The notes below the pieces were generated by a model that saw nothing but the letters and a program-made list of their open reading frames with translations, did no database searches and was not told the DNA's origin. Below are positions 8,948 to 18,654 of a stretch of DNA of 35,409 bases, in pieces. Made by a program: the position numbers and the translations under genes. The stretch's first letter is position 1. Every line of letters begins with the position of its first letter. The DNA comes from an uncultured Halobacteriales archaeon (GTDB lineage Archaea > Halobacteriota > Halobacteria > Halobacteriales > Haloarculaceae): assembly GCA_964423305.1 (NCBI GenBank), contig CAYREK010000009.1, forward strand, positions 1 through 35,409, given 5' to 3'.

Positions 8948-9328
8948 ATGCCGGAAGCAAAACGACGAGACGGCGTTCGGGTCGATCTCATCAGCGCACA
9001 GCGGATGGAGGACCTCGCGAGCATGGAGAAGATCCGGATGATCTTAGACGGCGTCCGGGACGGGAACATCGTCATCTTAGAGGAGGGGCTCACCCCCGAC
9101 GAGGAGTCCCGGCTGATCGAGGTGACAATGAACGAGATCACGCCCGACGGGTTCAACGGGATCGAGATTGAGACCTACCCCCGCGAGCAGGCCGGCGGCT
9201 CGGGCTTTCTTGGCCGGCTCATGGGCAGCGAGGATCCGAACAAGCTGACCGTGGTCGGGCCGGCAAACCAGATCGAGACCCTGCACAAAGACGCCGAGCT
9301 GATCCAGACGCTGGTCTCGCGGAACTAA
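8948..9328 (+). CDS. oapB: Origin-associated protein OapB (DUF2073 family)
   Basis: MEKIRMILDGVRDGNIVILEEGLTPDEESRLIE...KLTVVGPANQIETL; follows oapA. Confidence 0.87.
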   Translation: MPEAKRRDGVRVDLISAQRMEDLASMEKIRMILDGVRDGNIVILEEGLTPDEESRLIEVTMNEITPDGFNGIEIETYPREQAGGSGFLGRLMGSEDPNKLTVVGPANQIETLHKDAELIQTLVSRN

Positions 9329-9336
9329 CCGAACCG

Positions 9337-10005
9337 ATGCCCCACCGCTGTACAGACTGTGGCCGGCGTTTCGAGGACGGCTCAACGGAGATGCTCTCGG
9401 GGTGTCCGAACTGCGGCGGTACGACCTTCCAGTTCTATCCGGCGGGCACCGACCCCGAGCCGACGGACGCAGAGCCGCCCGACCCGCCCGATCCGCCGGG
9501 CTCGTCGGTCGCCCGGACGGTCGGCTCCGCCGCGACGACGGTCCGGGACCTGGTCGGCGACTCGGATCCCGAACCGCCGGAGCCACCGCGGGACGGCGAC
9601 TCCTCGCCGGACGCCCCCGGATCCGAGTCCGAACCGGCGGCGCCTTCCGCGGACGGCTCGGCGACCGACCGCCCGCCCGAGGACAGCGCACAGGCGAGCG
9701 CCAGGAGCGAACCCATCGAGGATCTCCCGCCGGCCCCGGAGCGTTCGGACGACACGCACCGGTTCGACCCGCCCGAGACAGGCTCGGAATCCGACGAGTC
9801 GACAGCCGTCGACGATCGCCCGGACCTCTCGGAGCTCCGCGAGGAGCTCAACGACCAGTTCGAGTCGATCAAGGTGTTACAGCCTGGCCGGTACGAGCTC
9901 AATCTGATGGAGCTGTACGACCGCGAGGAGTACATCATCGCGTTACAGGAAGACGGGAAATACACCATCCAGCTCCCCGAGCAGTGGAACTCCGATCTCG
10001 AGTAA
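9337..10005 (+). CDS. oapC: Origin-associated Zn-ribbon protein OapC (DUF2072 family)
   Basis: MPHRCTDCG...GCPNCGG zinc ribbon, Pro/Asp-rich linker, conserved C-terminus FESIKVLQPGRYELNLMEL. Confidence 0.87.
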   Translation: MPHRCTDCGRRFEDGSTEMLSGCPNCGGTTFQFYPAGTDPEPTDAEPPDPPDPPGSSVARTVGSAATTVRDLVGDSDPEPPEPPRDGDSSPDAPGSESEPAAPSADGSATDRPPEDSAQASARSEPIEDLPPAPERSDDTHRFDPPETGSESDESTAVDDRPDLSELREELNDQFESIKVLQPGRYELNLMELYDREEYIIALQEDGKYTIQLPEQWNSDLE

Positions 10006-10022
10006 ACTCGGGCGTCGGGCTC

Positions 10023-10277
10023 TCAGGTCCGCCTCACCCGCCAGGTCGTCCCGCCGGTGTAGGCCCACCGCTCGATCTCCGGATCGGCGGGGCAGTCCGC
10101 GAGCGTTCGCATGAACTGTCCGACCTGCTTCGCAGAGAGCTCGGCCTCGACGGCGGCCGCAATCTCCCGACTCTTCAGGTACAGCTCCCCGCGCCGCTCG
10201 ACCCGGTCGATGAGGTACTCGCGGACGAGCCCGATCTTGCGCTCGGTCTCGGCCTCGAAGTCGTCGGCGGCACTCAT
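10023..10277 (-). CDS. Small haloarchaeal winged-helix-like conserved protein (84 aa)
   Basis: MSAADDFEAE...ELYLKSREIA...LSAKQVG...IERWAYTGGTTWRV; the pattern resembles small haloarchaeal wHTH-type proteins; its ATG overlaps the upstream ORF stop. Confidence 0.72.
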   Translation of the reverse strand: MSAADDFEAETERKIGLVREYLIDRVERRGELYLKSREIAAAVEAELSAKQVGQFMRTLADCPADPEIERWAYTGGTTWRVRRT

Positions 10278-10489
10278 CGGGCCCCCGGAACGTGCTCGTG
10301 TCCGACCGCGAGACACGCGGCGTGGACGAGTCCGACGCCGATTCCCGCGAGCTGTGCCGCTCCGCTCCCGGCGTACAGCAGGGGCAGGTAGACGGCCGGC
10401 AGGCCGACCGATCCCCAAAACGCCGCCCGCGGTGTCCCGGCGATCGGATCGAGCCGTCCCCGATCGAGGATTGTCCGTGCACCGTTCAT
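10274..10489 (-). CDS. Small membrane protein (71 aa, 2 TM)
   Basis: AAFWGSVGLPAVYLPLL...HAACLAVGHEH, similar to a conserved haloarchaeal small membrane family; 4-nt overlap with the downstream gene. Confidence 0.68.
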   Translation of the reverse strand: MNGARTILDRGRLDPIAGTPRAAFWGSVGLPAVYLPLLYAGSGAAQLAGIGVGLVHAACLAVGHEHVPGAR

Positions 10490-10871
10490 GTCCGAGTCCA
10501 GAGGCTCCGAACAAAAAGCTCCGACTCAGAGTCAAAGACCCGTTTGAACCGACGGGTCCGGCCGGCACCGTCCCGGCTCAAACGACCGTTTGAGTCGCCG
10601 CTGTGTACTTTCTTCCTCCACACGTACGAGCGGATGCGTCGGCCCGTCGGCTCTCCCCTCTCCCCTCGATCGGGTCGACGTCTCCCCCGCTGGCTCTCTC
10701 CGACCGTTCGTCCGTTTTTTATCCTCGACGGAGCCCGCTCGACAATCTCGCCGGACCGACCTTGAGAGCGCCGAGCATTGTCGGTTCGACTCGTCGCTCC
10801 AACCCATTAAGGAATATTATCATTATTATTCATAGCGTTTTAGGGTACTCGGGTGCTCCGGACGGTCGCGC

Positions 10872-11933
10872 ATGACAGACAACACGGGCGAGGACGCGGT
10901 CGCATCGCGAGTCCGGGACACAAAACCGTTCGTCCGGGAGCTCGACAACCCCGCAGCCGAGCAGCTCCGGTCGCTGCTCGACGAGCAGGAGTACGTGTTC
11001 GCTCCGGGACTGTACCACGCCCTCGACGCCCGGCTCGCGGAGATGGCGGGACTCAACGCGGTGTACATGTCCGGGTACTCGACGGTTCTAGGTCAGTTCG
11101 GCTACCCCGACCTCGAGATGGTCGACATGGGCGAGATGGTCGAGAACGCAAAGCGGATCGTCGAGGCGACGGAGCTGCCGGTCGTCGCCGACGCGGACAC
11201 GGGCTATGGCGGTGTTCACAACGTCCGCCGGGCCGTCCGAGAGTACGAGAAAGCCGGGGTCGCGGCGATCCACATCGAGGATCAGACCACCCCCAAGCGG
11301 TGTGGACACATCGCGGGCAAGCAGATCGTCTCCCGGGAGGACGCCGAGGCGCGGTTCCGGGCGGCCGTCGACGCGAAGCAGGCAGAAGAGACGGTCATCA
11401 TCGCCCGGACCGACGCCTACGGCTCCGCGAACGGCGACTGGGAGGAACACCTCGCCCGGGGCCGGCTGTACGCCGACTGCGGCGTCGATCTGGTATGGCC
11501 GGAGATGCCCGATCCCTCCCGGGAGGACGCGGTTCGGTACGCCGAACGGCTCCACGAAACTCACCCTGAGGTTCGGCTCGCATTTAATTACTCCTCGTCG
11601 TTTGCCTGGAGCGAGGAGGAGGATCCGCTCACCTTCGCCGAGCTCGGCGATCTCGGCTACGAGTACATTTTCATCACGCTGTACGCGCTGCACTCGGGGG
11701 CCCACGCCGTCTACGAGGACATGTCCGCGATCGCCGAGGGCGCAGAGCAGGCCCAGTTCGACCTCGAAGAGCGGTACCTGGACCACGAGACCGAGAGCCA
11801 CCACGAGCTGTCCTTTGTTCCGCAGTTCCAGCAGACAGAGGCCGCGTTTGATCCCGACGCGCGGCGCCGCCAGGAGGAATCGGACGGGTTCACCGAGGAC
11901 GACCAGACGGTAATCACGAGCGAGGACGATTGA
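10872..11933 (+). CDS. aceA: Isocitrate lyase (haloarchaeal type)
   Basis: YMSGYS, DADTGYG, HIEDQ, KRCGH active-site motif, [13 protein letters not shown]; next to malate synthase. Confidence 0.9.
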   Translation: MTDNTGEDAVASRVRDTKPFVRELDNPAAEQLRSLLDEQEYVFAPGLYHALDARLAEMAGLNAVYMSGYSTVLGQFGYPDLEMVDMGEMVENAKRIVEATELPVVADADTGYGGVHNVRRAVREYEKAGVAAIHIEDQTTPKRCGHIAGKQIVSREDAEARFRAAVDAKQAEETVIIARTDAYGSANGDWEEHLARGRLYADCGVDLVWPEMPDPSREDAVRYAERLHETHPEVRLAFNYSSSFAWSEEEDPLTFAELGDLGYEYIFITLYALHSGAHAVYEDMSAIAEGAEQAQFDLEERYLDHETESHHELSFVPQFQQTEAAFDPDARRRQEESDGFTEDDQTVITSEDD

Positions 11934-12030
11934 TGGAGCCGGGTCTCGTCGGGCAACGGCCGACTCGGCCGCGCCGAATCGTCCCAGCTAGCCGACGGTC
12001 TTTAGTCTCAACCCCGGCAACAACTCTCTC

Positions 12031-13323
12031 ATGACACGCCGACACGACCGGACGTTCGTTCGGACCTTCTTCACCTCGCCAACGGCCGTCGAGGGAGAGG
12101 ACTCGGCGAAGATGCTCAGGCGGGCGGCACAGCTGCGCGGGATGGAGGCGCCGGATGTCTGGGTCCCGGACAACGAGGACGCGACTGCGCCGGGAATGCG
12201 TGAGGAGGGAATCGCGAACATCATCGATGTCGTCGCCGCCCACGGTGCCGACGTGCCGGCCGAGATCCACCCGCGGGTGGTCTGGCACCGCGACGATCCG
12301 GCCACCCGGGCAGAGGGATTCGAGCAGATCCGCCGGGTCGCGGAAAGCGAGGCGGCCCCGTACATCGACGGGTTTGTCATCCCCGAGGTCGGCGGGCTCG
12401 ACGACTGGAAGAAGGCAGACGAGCTCATGACGCTGGCCGAGAGCGAGGCCGGACTCCCCACGGGAACGTTCGCGATGTCGGTGATCGTCGAGAGCGCGAC
12501 CGCCGAGCTCGCCCTGGCCGAGCTCAGGGAGGCGATTCACCAGCCCTCGAACGCCCTCGAGCGGCTGTTCTTGCTCGTCGACGGCGAGGTCGATTACACG
12601 AAAGACCTGCGCGCGATCACGCCGACGGGGGCGCTTCCGGACTGGCCCGAGCTGCGGCACAACACCTCCCGTGGGGCGAGCGCCGCCGATCTAATCGCCG
12701 TCGACGGCCCCTACGACGACATCCGGGATCTCGAGGGCTACCGCGAGCGGATGGTCGACAACCGTGCCCGCGGCCAGCTCGGGATCTGGGCGCTCACGCC
12801 CGACCAGGTGGTCACGGCAAACGAGGCACCGCTGCCGCCGGCGCGCGGCGAGTGGCTGCTGGCGGTCGACGGCGAACAGGTACCGTTGAGTCCCGCCGAC
12901 GACGGCGAGCGGTTCGTCTACGAGGGCGAGCGTGTCTCGGTCGCCGACGCCGAGGACGGCTACCGGCTCCGGATCGACGGCCAGACCCGCCGGGTCGACG
13001 CGACGGAGCTCCGGGAGGCAATCGCCGACCGGGCTGCCTACGTCCCGAGCCTGGCTGATATCGTCGACTCGATGGAGGAGTTCGAGGCCGCCAAGGCGGC
13101 CGGCCGGGGAGCGATCTCGATGGAGCGGGCGACCGTCGTCGAGATCGACGGCATGACCGTCGAGATCAGCAGGGATCGGATGTGGGACGAGGCGACCTAC
13201 CAAGCAGCGACGACGCCGATCGATCTGTTCCAAGACGTCTACGAGCACCGGCCCGACCAGCACAAGGCTCTCGAAGAGCGGTACGGCGCCGAGGTCGTCG
13301 AGCGGGCCACGCAGGTCGGGTAG
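12031..13323 (+). CDS. aceB: Malate synthase, haloarchaeal type (malyl-CoA lyase/thioesterase)
   Basis: RRHDRTFVRTFFTSPTAVEGEDSAKMLRRA, PDVWVPDNEDATAP, DGEVDYTKD, RMWDEATYQ, matching the Haloferax-type AceB pattern. Confidence 0.93.
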   Translation: MTRRHDRTFVRTFFTSPTAVEGEDSAKMLRRAAQLRGMEAPDVWVPDNEDATAPGMREEGIANIIDVVAAHGADVPAEIHPRVVWHRDDPATRAEGFEQIRRVAESEAAPYIDGFVIPEVGGLDDWKKADELMTLAESEAGLPTGTFAMSVIVESATAELALAELREAIHQPSNALERLFLLVDGEVDYTKDLRAITPTGALPDWPELRHNTSRGASAADLIAVDGPYDDIRDLEGYRERMVDNRARGQLGIWALTPDQVVTANEAPLPPARGEWLLAVDGEQVPLSPADDGERFVYEGERVSVADAEDGYRLRIDGQTRRVDATELREAIADRAAYVPSLADIVDSMEEFEAAKAAGRGAISMERATVVEIDGMTVEISRDRMWDEATYQAATTPIDLFQDVYEHRPDQHKALEERYGAEVVERATQVG

Positions 13324-13367
13324 CCGGTCACCCACAGCGTTTTGTCGCCGTTGTCGCTACAGCCTCT

Positions 13368-14672
13368 ATGGAGATCGACGAGCCCGTGGCACGGGCAATC
13401 GGACGGGGGCTGGCTGACGACGCCGGCTGGGAGCTGCTCTCGGAGCTGACGGCTCTGCCAGAACGCTTCGGCGGTCATCCGGGTGAACGCCGGGCGGCCG
13501 ACCGGGTGGGTGCGGCCCTCGAGGCCGCCGGGCTCGCCCCCGAGTTCCAGGAGTTCGAACTTACCCGCTGGGAGCGCGGCGAGACGACGCTCCGGGCCGG
13601 CGAGACGACCCACGAGGCCGTCGCGCTGCCGTACTCACCGGCGGCCGAGGTCGCAGGCCCGATCGTCGATGTCGGTCACGGCAGCCCCGCGGAGATCGAG
13701 GCCGCCGACCCGGCGGGTGCGATCGCGCTCACTACAACCGCGCCGCCGTCGACGGGCAGACACCCCCACCGCATGGAGACGGTCGGTCACGCGGCCGAGG
13801 CCGGCGCGGCCGGACTCCTGTTTGCAAACCACCACCCCGGCCAGCTCCCTCCGACGGGAACGGTCCGGCCGGAGACGCCGGTCCCGTGTGCCGGCGTCTC
13901 GAAGGAAACCGGCGACCGGCTCCGCGACGGCGCCCGGCGGGCCGAGCTTGCGATCGCGGCCGAGACCGCGCCGGCGACCAGCCAGAACGTCCTCGCGGCG
14001 GTCGGGCCCGAGACCGACGAGGAGCTGCTCGTGCTCGCACACTACGACGCCCACGACGTCGGCGAGGGTGCCCTGGACAACGGTGCGGGGGTCGCGGTGC
14101 TCGTCGGCGCCGTCCGGATCCTCGCCGAGCTGTCGCTCGACCGTCGGGTCCGGGTGGCCGCGGTCGGCTGTGAGGAAATCGGGCTGCTCGGAAGCGAGAC
14201 CCTCGCCGAGACACGCTCGTCTGGGCCCAGTGCCGTGGTGAACCTCGACGGCGCCGGCCGATTTCGAGACATTCGCGCGCTCACTCACGGCTGTCCGGCC
14301 CTCGCCGAGCCGGTCGAGTCGGTCGCCGACGAGCTCGGCCACCCCGTCGGGGTGCAGTCCCGACCGCACGCCTACAGCGACCACTGGCCGTTCCTCCGGG
14401 CCGGGGTTCCGTCCCTGCAGCTCCACAGCCGTCGCCCGGACGAGCCCGGGCCCTGGGAGCGGGGCTACACCCACACCCGCGCGGACACCCGCGACAAGGT
14501 CGACCGCCGCGATCTCCGAACCCACGCGATCGCGGCCGCCCTGATCGTCCGCGAGCTGGCCGCCGACCCGCCCGAGGCCCTCGCCCCGGCGACTGTCCGA
14601 GACCGACTCCAGGCGGCCGGCGCCGAACCGGGGATGCGCGCCGCCGGCTCCTGGCCCACGGCGTGGGACTAA
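13368..14672 (+). CDS. M28 family aminopeptidase with PA domain
   Basis: AHYDAHD, GALDNGAG, GCEEIG, NLDG, SDHWPF, HTRADT metal-binding motifs; ATG at 13368. Confidence 0.88.
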   Translation: MEIDEPVARAIGRGLADDAGWELLSELTALPERFGGHPGERRAADRVGAALEAAGLAPEFQEFELTRWERGETTLRAGETTHEAVALPYSPAAEVAGPIVDVGHGSPAEIEAADPAGAIALTTTAPPSTGRHPHRMETVGHAAEAGAAGLLFANHHPGQLPPTGTVRPETPVPCAGVSKETGDRLRDGARRAELAIAAETAPATSQNVLAAVGPETDEELLVLAHYDAHDVGEGALDNGAGVAVLVGAVRILAELSLDRRVRVAAVGCEEIGLLGSETLAETRSSGPSAVVNLDGAGRFRDIRALTHGCPALAEPVESVADELGHPVGVQSRPHAYSDHWPFLRAGVPSLQLHSRRPDEPGPWERGYTHTRADTRDKVDRRDLRTHAIAAALIVRELAADPPEALAPATVRDRLQAAGAEPGMRAAGSWPTAWD

Positions 14673-14729
14673 TCGTCCCCAACGATTATTACCTCGGCCG
14701 TTCGTGTCTTACATGAACGATCATTAATA

Positions 14730-14861
14730 ATGACGCAACACGATCGCTTCACCGACGGCGAGAATACGGGCGCACCGCTGGTCCCTGAGCTGAGTCCGGA
14801 CTCGGCCGAGGGACACGAAGAGACCGTCCTGAGCCACCGCCTGCCCGATCAGCCTTCGTAG
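14730..14861 (+). CDS. Putative small acidic protein (43 aa)
   Basis: MTQHDRFTDGENTGAPLVPELSPDSAEGHEETVLSHRLPDQPS*; 9 D/E residues; AT-rich promoter-like region upstream; below the ORF-track cutoff. Confidence 0.5.
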   Translation: MTQHDRFTDGENTGAPLVPELSPDSAEGHEETVLSHRLPDQPS

Positions 14862-17323
14862 GGCGTCTCGGTAACTTCCCGGATCCGGGCCGCGGTCACC
14901 TCGCCGACCCCTTCGACGGCTAACAGCTCCTCCTCGGAGGCGGTCATGACTGCTTCGACGCTGCCGAGCGCCTCGAGCAGCGACCGTGCGGTGACCGGGC
15001 CGACCTCCGCGATAGCGGCGACGACGTACTCCTGTTGTTCGGGGAGCGTGCGGGACTGTTTCTCGCCGTGGACACTCACCTCGCGGCGCTCGTCGGTCTG
15101 CTCTCGGCTCGCGATCACCTCGAGTAAGTCCGCGGTCTCCTCGGCGTTCCGGGTCCGGGTGACGCTCACCCCGAAATCGACCGTCAGCGACGCGAGCGCC
15201 CCGTGGATCGCCTTGGGGTGGACGTTTCGCCGCCCGTACAGCCCCTCGCCCTCGATGACGACCACCGGCCGCGCGTAGTGGCGGGCCGCGTCTCCGACCT
15301 GCTCGAACAGCGACCGATCCCCGCCGGTCAGCGTCGCCAGGAAGTCCTCGACGGTCTTGCGCTCGACGACCACCCGGTCGGAGAGCACGTAATCCCCGAC
15401 CGCGAGCGTCTCCAGGCGCGTCTCGATGCCCGACCGCGTCGAGAGGTCCCGCGCGATCGTCGCCTCAAGCTCGCGCTGGTCGATCACGATCTCGGTCGCC
15501 GTGCCGTCCTCGGCCGGCTCGGCGAGCGTCGGCTCTGCCGGCTCGGCGGAACCGGTAGACTCTGACGAGTCCTCCTCGTCGGCGAAGGCGTCGAGTCCCG
15601 CCTGTCCCGACTCGTCTGATTCGGTTTCTGCCGTCTCGCCGGCCGTCGCTCCCGACTGCTCGCTCGCCGCGTCGCCCCCGGGCTCGGACTCGACCTGTGT
15701 CTCTGAGTCCGCCGACTCGGCGCCTGCCTCGGGAACGTCTGCCGACTCGGCTTCGGTGCCAAGCGTTGCCTGCGCGAGCTCGGCCTCGATATCGCCGGCG
15801 GCGCCTTTCAGCGCGCGCAGCTCCGATTCCATCTCCTGTTCGTCCTGGCGGGCCTTCCAGAAGTAGGCCTCGTCGCGGGTGTCCTCGGCCAGCAACACCG
15901 CGACTTTCCCTTCGGCCTGTCGGCCGGTTCGGCCCTTGCGCTGGATCGAGCGAATCGCCGTCGGCACCGGCTCGTAAAAGAGCACGAGATCCACCTCGGG
16001 AACGTCTAGTCCCTCCTCCGCGACCGAGGTCGAGACGAGCACCTCGAACTCGCCCTCGCGGAACCGATCGAGAGTCTCCTGCTGTTCGGTCTGGGTCATT
16101 CCCTCGCTGCCCTCGGTGTCGGACTGGCCGACGAACCGCTCGGCGCTGAAGTGCTCGCCCAGAAACGCCGTCAGGGTCTCGGCGGTGTCTCTGGACTCGG
16201 TGAACACGATCGCACGCTCGCCGCCCTCGATGCCGAGTGTCTCGGCGAGTAACATCCGTGCCCGGCGGTACTTCGGGTGGAGCCCGTCGTAGTTCTCTGC
16301 CTTGCGGACCGCCGCGGCGACCTTTTGATCCGAGATCATCCGCTGGTCGGCCTTCGAGGCCCCGGAGGAGCGGGCGGCCTCGCGCTGGCGGTCCATGTAC
16401 TGCTCGAAGGCCTCGACGCTCTGGGTCTCGACGTAAACCAGCGCGGTCCGGAGCTTCCGGATCTCGGCGAGCAGGCTCATCCCCTGGTAACCGGCGCTGT
16501 CGTCGTCGTCCATCAACTGCTGGACGCGGCGCTGGATCTGCGTGAGGTCTCGCTCCGAGAGGTCCGGACTGGTCTTTTTCGTCACGTCGAGCTCGGCGAG
16601 ACTCCCGAGCCGGTCCCGGATCACCGCCCGTAACTCATCGCGAATCGCCTCGACGGAGTCGGGTAGCTCGACGCGTTTCCACTCGACGGTCGTCTCGTGG
16701 GTGTACTCGGCGACGTCGGCGTCCTCCTCGGTCATCACCTCGACGTTGTCGATCCCGAGGTTCTGACAGACCTCGAGAATTGCCGCCTCGTCCTCGCCCG
16801 GCGAGGCGCTCAACCCCGTCACGAGCGGCCGCTCGGCGTCCTCGTGGTACCGGTCGGCGATGTAGGTGTAGGCGTAGGCGCCGGTCGCGCGGTGACACTC
16901 GTCGAACGTGCAGTGGACGACATCGGCCAGCGAGATCCGGTTCCCGACGAGGTCGTTCTCGACGACCTGGGGGGTCGCGATGACGACACGAGCTTCCTCC
17001 CAGAGCTCCCCTCGGTCGGCTGGCGACACCTCGCCGGTGAACACCACCACCTCCTCGTCGGGAATCGTCAGGGCCTCGCGATAGAACTGTGCGTGCTGGG
17101 TGACAAGCGGCTTCGTTGGTGCGAGCAACAGCACTCGCGTCTCCGGGCCACACTCCTCGAGTCGCCGCGCGGTCACCAACAGCGAGACCGCTGTCTTGCC
17201 TAGCCCCGTCGGCAGCGAGACCAGGCTGTGCTCGCCCAGAGCGGCCTCGGCCAGTCGGAGCTGGTAGTCCCGTCGCTCTATGGCGTCGGTCACGACCAGC
17301 GGCCACTCGACGGTCGCTGCCAT
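14849..17323 (-). CDS. hef: Hef helicase/nuclease (FANCM-like DEAH helicase plus ERCC4 nuclease and HhH)
   Basis: RDYQ, PTGLGKT, DECHRA, QRKGRTGR, acidic linker, GDYVL..VERKTVEDF nuclease motif, C-terminal HhH; ATG at 17323. Confidence 0.95.
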   Translation of the reverse strand: MAATVEWPLVVTDAIERRDYQLRLAEAALGEHSLVSLPTGLGKTAVSLLVTARRLEECGPETRVLLLAPTKPLVTQHAQFYREALTIPDEEVVVFTGEVSPADRGELWEEARVVIATPQVVENDLVGNRISLADVVHCTFDECHRATGAYAYTYIADRYHEDAERPLVTGLSASPGEDEAAILEVCQNLGIDNVEVMTEEDADVAEYTHETTVEWKRVELPDSVEAIRDELRAVIRDRLGSLAELDVTKKTSPDLSERDLTQIQRRVQQLMDDDDSAGYQGMSLLAEIRKLRTALVYVETQSVEAFEQYMDRQREAARSSGASKADQRMISDQKVAAAVRKAENYDGLHPKYRRARMLLAETLGIEGGERAIVFTESRDTAETLTAFLGEHFSAERFVGQSDTEGSEGMTQTEQQETLDRFREGEFEVLVSTSVAEEGLDVPEVDLVLFYEPVPTAIRSIQRKGRTGRQAEGKVAVLLAEDTRDEAYFWKARQDEQEMESELRALKGAAGDIEAELAQATLGTEAESADVPEAGAESADSETQVESEPGGDAASEQSGATAGETAETESDESGQAGLDAFADEEDSSESTGSAEPAEPTLAEPAEDGTATEIVIDQRELEATIARDLSTRSGIETRLETLAVGDYVLSDRVVVERKTVEDFLATLTGGDRSLFEQVGDAARHYARPVVVIEGEGLYGRRNVHPKAIHGALASLTVDFGVSVTRTRNAEETADLLEVIASREQTDERREVSVHGEKQSRTLPEQQEYVVAAIAEVGPVTARSLLEALGSVEAVMTASEEELLAVEGVGEVTAARIREVTETPYEG

Positions 17324-17457
17324 CAAGCCTGATTGTGCCCGCCGGCGGTTAAGCGTTCGCCGACCGCGGTGAAACTGCTCGCAGTCGGACGACGAAACCC
17401 ATTTCACGCCTTCTCTCGATGTCTCGACGTGTTCCCCGCAGGAGCGTGCTCCGAGCC

Positions 17458-18567
17458 GTGAGCGAGACGACAGACCAGGAGTACGACCGCGACGCCGAGT
17501 CCGAGGTCTCCGATTCGACCGGCCCGCTCGGGTTCGACCGGTCCAGGCTGATCGGGTTCGCCGGCCTCGTGGCCCTCTGGCTCGTGACGATCCTCGGCGG
17601 GATGGCCCTTACCGACGAGGTGGCCGACGCCGGCGCCGTGCTCTTCGAAGACCCGGACGAGGTCGGCAACGTCGGGATCTTCGGGGTGTACGTGCTCGTT
17701 GCCACCGGAGTCATGCTGCTCGGGTTCCGGTACGCGAAACTCGTGCATCTGCGGGTGGTCGGCGCGGCCGTCTTCGGGCTGTTCGCCGGGACCTTCGTCG
17801 CGATCGCGACCGGCGTCGGCACAGTCGCCGGCGGCGGCGCGCTGACCGGGCTCCCCACAAGTCCCGTTCCGATCGCCGTCGGGCTCGTCGTGGCAGCCGT
17901 CCTGTTTGTCTACCCCGAGTGGTACGTCGTCGATCTCGTCGCCGTGGCGCTGGGCGCGGTCATCATTCCGATGCTCGGCCTGGGATTCGGTCCGCTCCCG
18001 ATCGTCGTGTTGCTCGTCGTCTGGGCGGCCTACGACGCCTACTCGGTGTATGTCTCCGGGCACATGAAAGAGCTCGCGACCGGCGCGGGCGATCTCAAGC
18101 TCCCGATCCTGTATGTCGTTCCACACTCGCCGTCGTACTCGCTGGTCGGCGACGGCCTCGAACTCGGCCTTGACGAGGACGACCCCGAGGAGTCCGGAGA
18201 GTCCGCCACGGAGCGATCGGCAGACTCGCCGCCGGATCGGCCGGCCGAAGACTCGGAGGCGAGCGCCGAGGCGGGCCCGGGCGTCCAGCTGCTCGGGCTC
18301 GGCGACGCGATCATTCCGGGGATGCTCGCGGTCAGTGCCGGCACGTTTCTCGACGCTCCGGCGGTCGTGCCCGCCCTGAACGCAAACCTCCCCGCCCTCG
18401 GCGCGATCGCCGGCGGATTCCTCGGCATGGGGGCGTTGCTCGTGCTCTTGCACCGCGTCGAGGGCGCTCACGCCGGGCTCCCGCCGCTCAACGCTGGCGT
18501 CTTGCTCGGCTATCTCGCCGGCGCGGTCGCTGCCGGCGTTCCGGTCACGACCGCACTCGGGCTTTGA
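17458..18567 (+). CDS. Presenilin-family intramembrane aspartyl protease (PSH)
   Basis: Multiple TM helices with YD (AAYDAYSV), GLGD and HAGLPPL motifs. Start uncertain (GTG 17458 or ATG 17419). Confidence 0.88.
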   Translation: MSETTDQEYDRDAESEVSDSTGPLGFDRSRLIGFAGLVALWLVTILGGMALTDEVADAGAVLFEDPDEVGNVGIFGVYVLVATGVMLLGFRYAKLVHLRVVGAAVFGLFAGTFVAIATGVGTVAGGGALTGLPTSPVPIAVGLVVAAVLFVYPEWYVVDLVAVALGAVIIPMLGLGFGPLPIVVLLVVWAAYDAYSVYVSGHMKELATGAGDLKLPILYVVPHSPSYSLVGDGLELGLDEDDPEESGESATERSADSPPDRPAEDSEASAEAGPGVQLLGLGDAIIPGMLAVSAGTFLDAPAVVPALNANLPALGAIAGGFLGMGALLVLLHRVEGAHAGLPPLNAGVLLGYLAGAVAAGVPVTTALGL

Positions 18568-18654
18568 TCACCGGCGGGCTCGGCGACCGCTTCGACTGTC
18601 TCCCCGGCGTGGCGGTTCCGGTGGTTCTCGAATCGAGCGTGTCTCGACCGGCAC

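Noticed and set aside
15500-15790. Short repeats (AESAD, AEPAEP) in the Hef linker
   Set aside because: Low-complexity acidic interdomain linker, not a regular repeat array or CRISPR.
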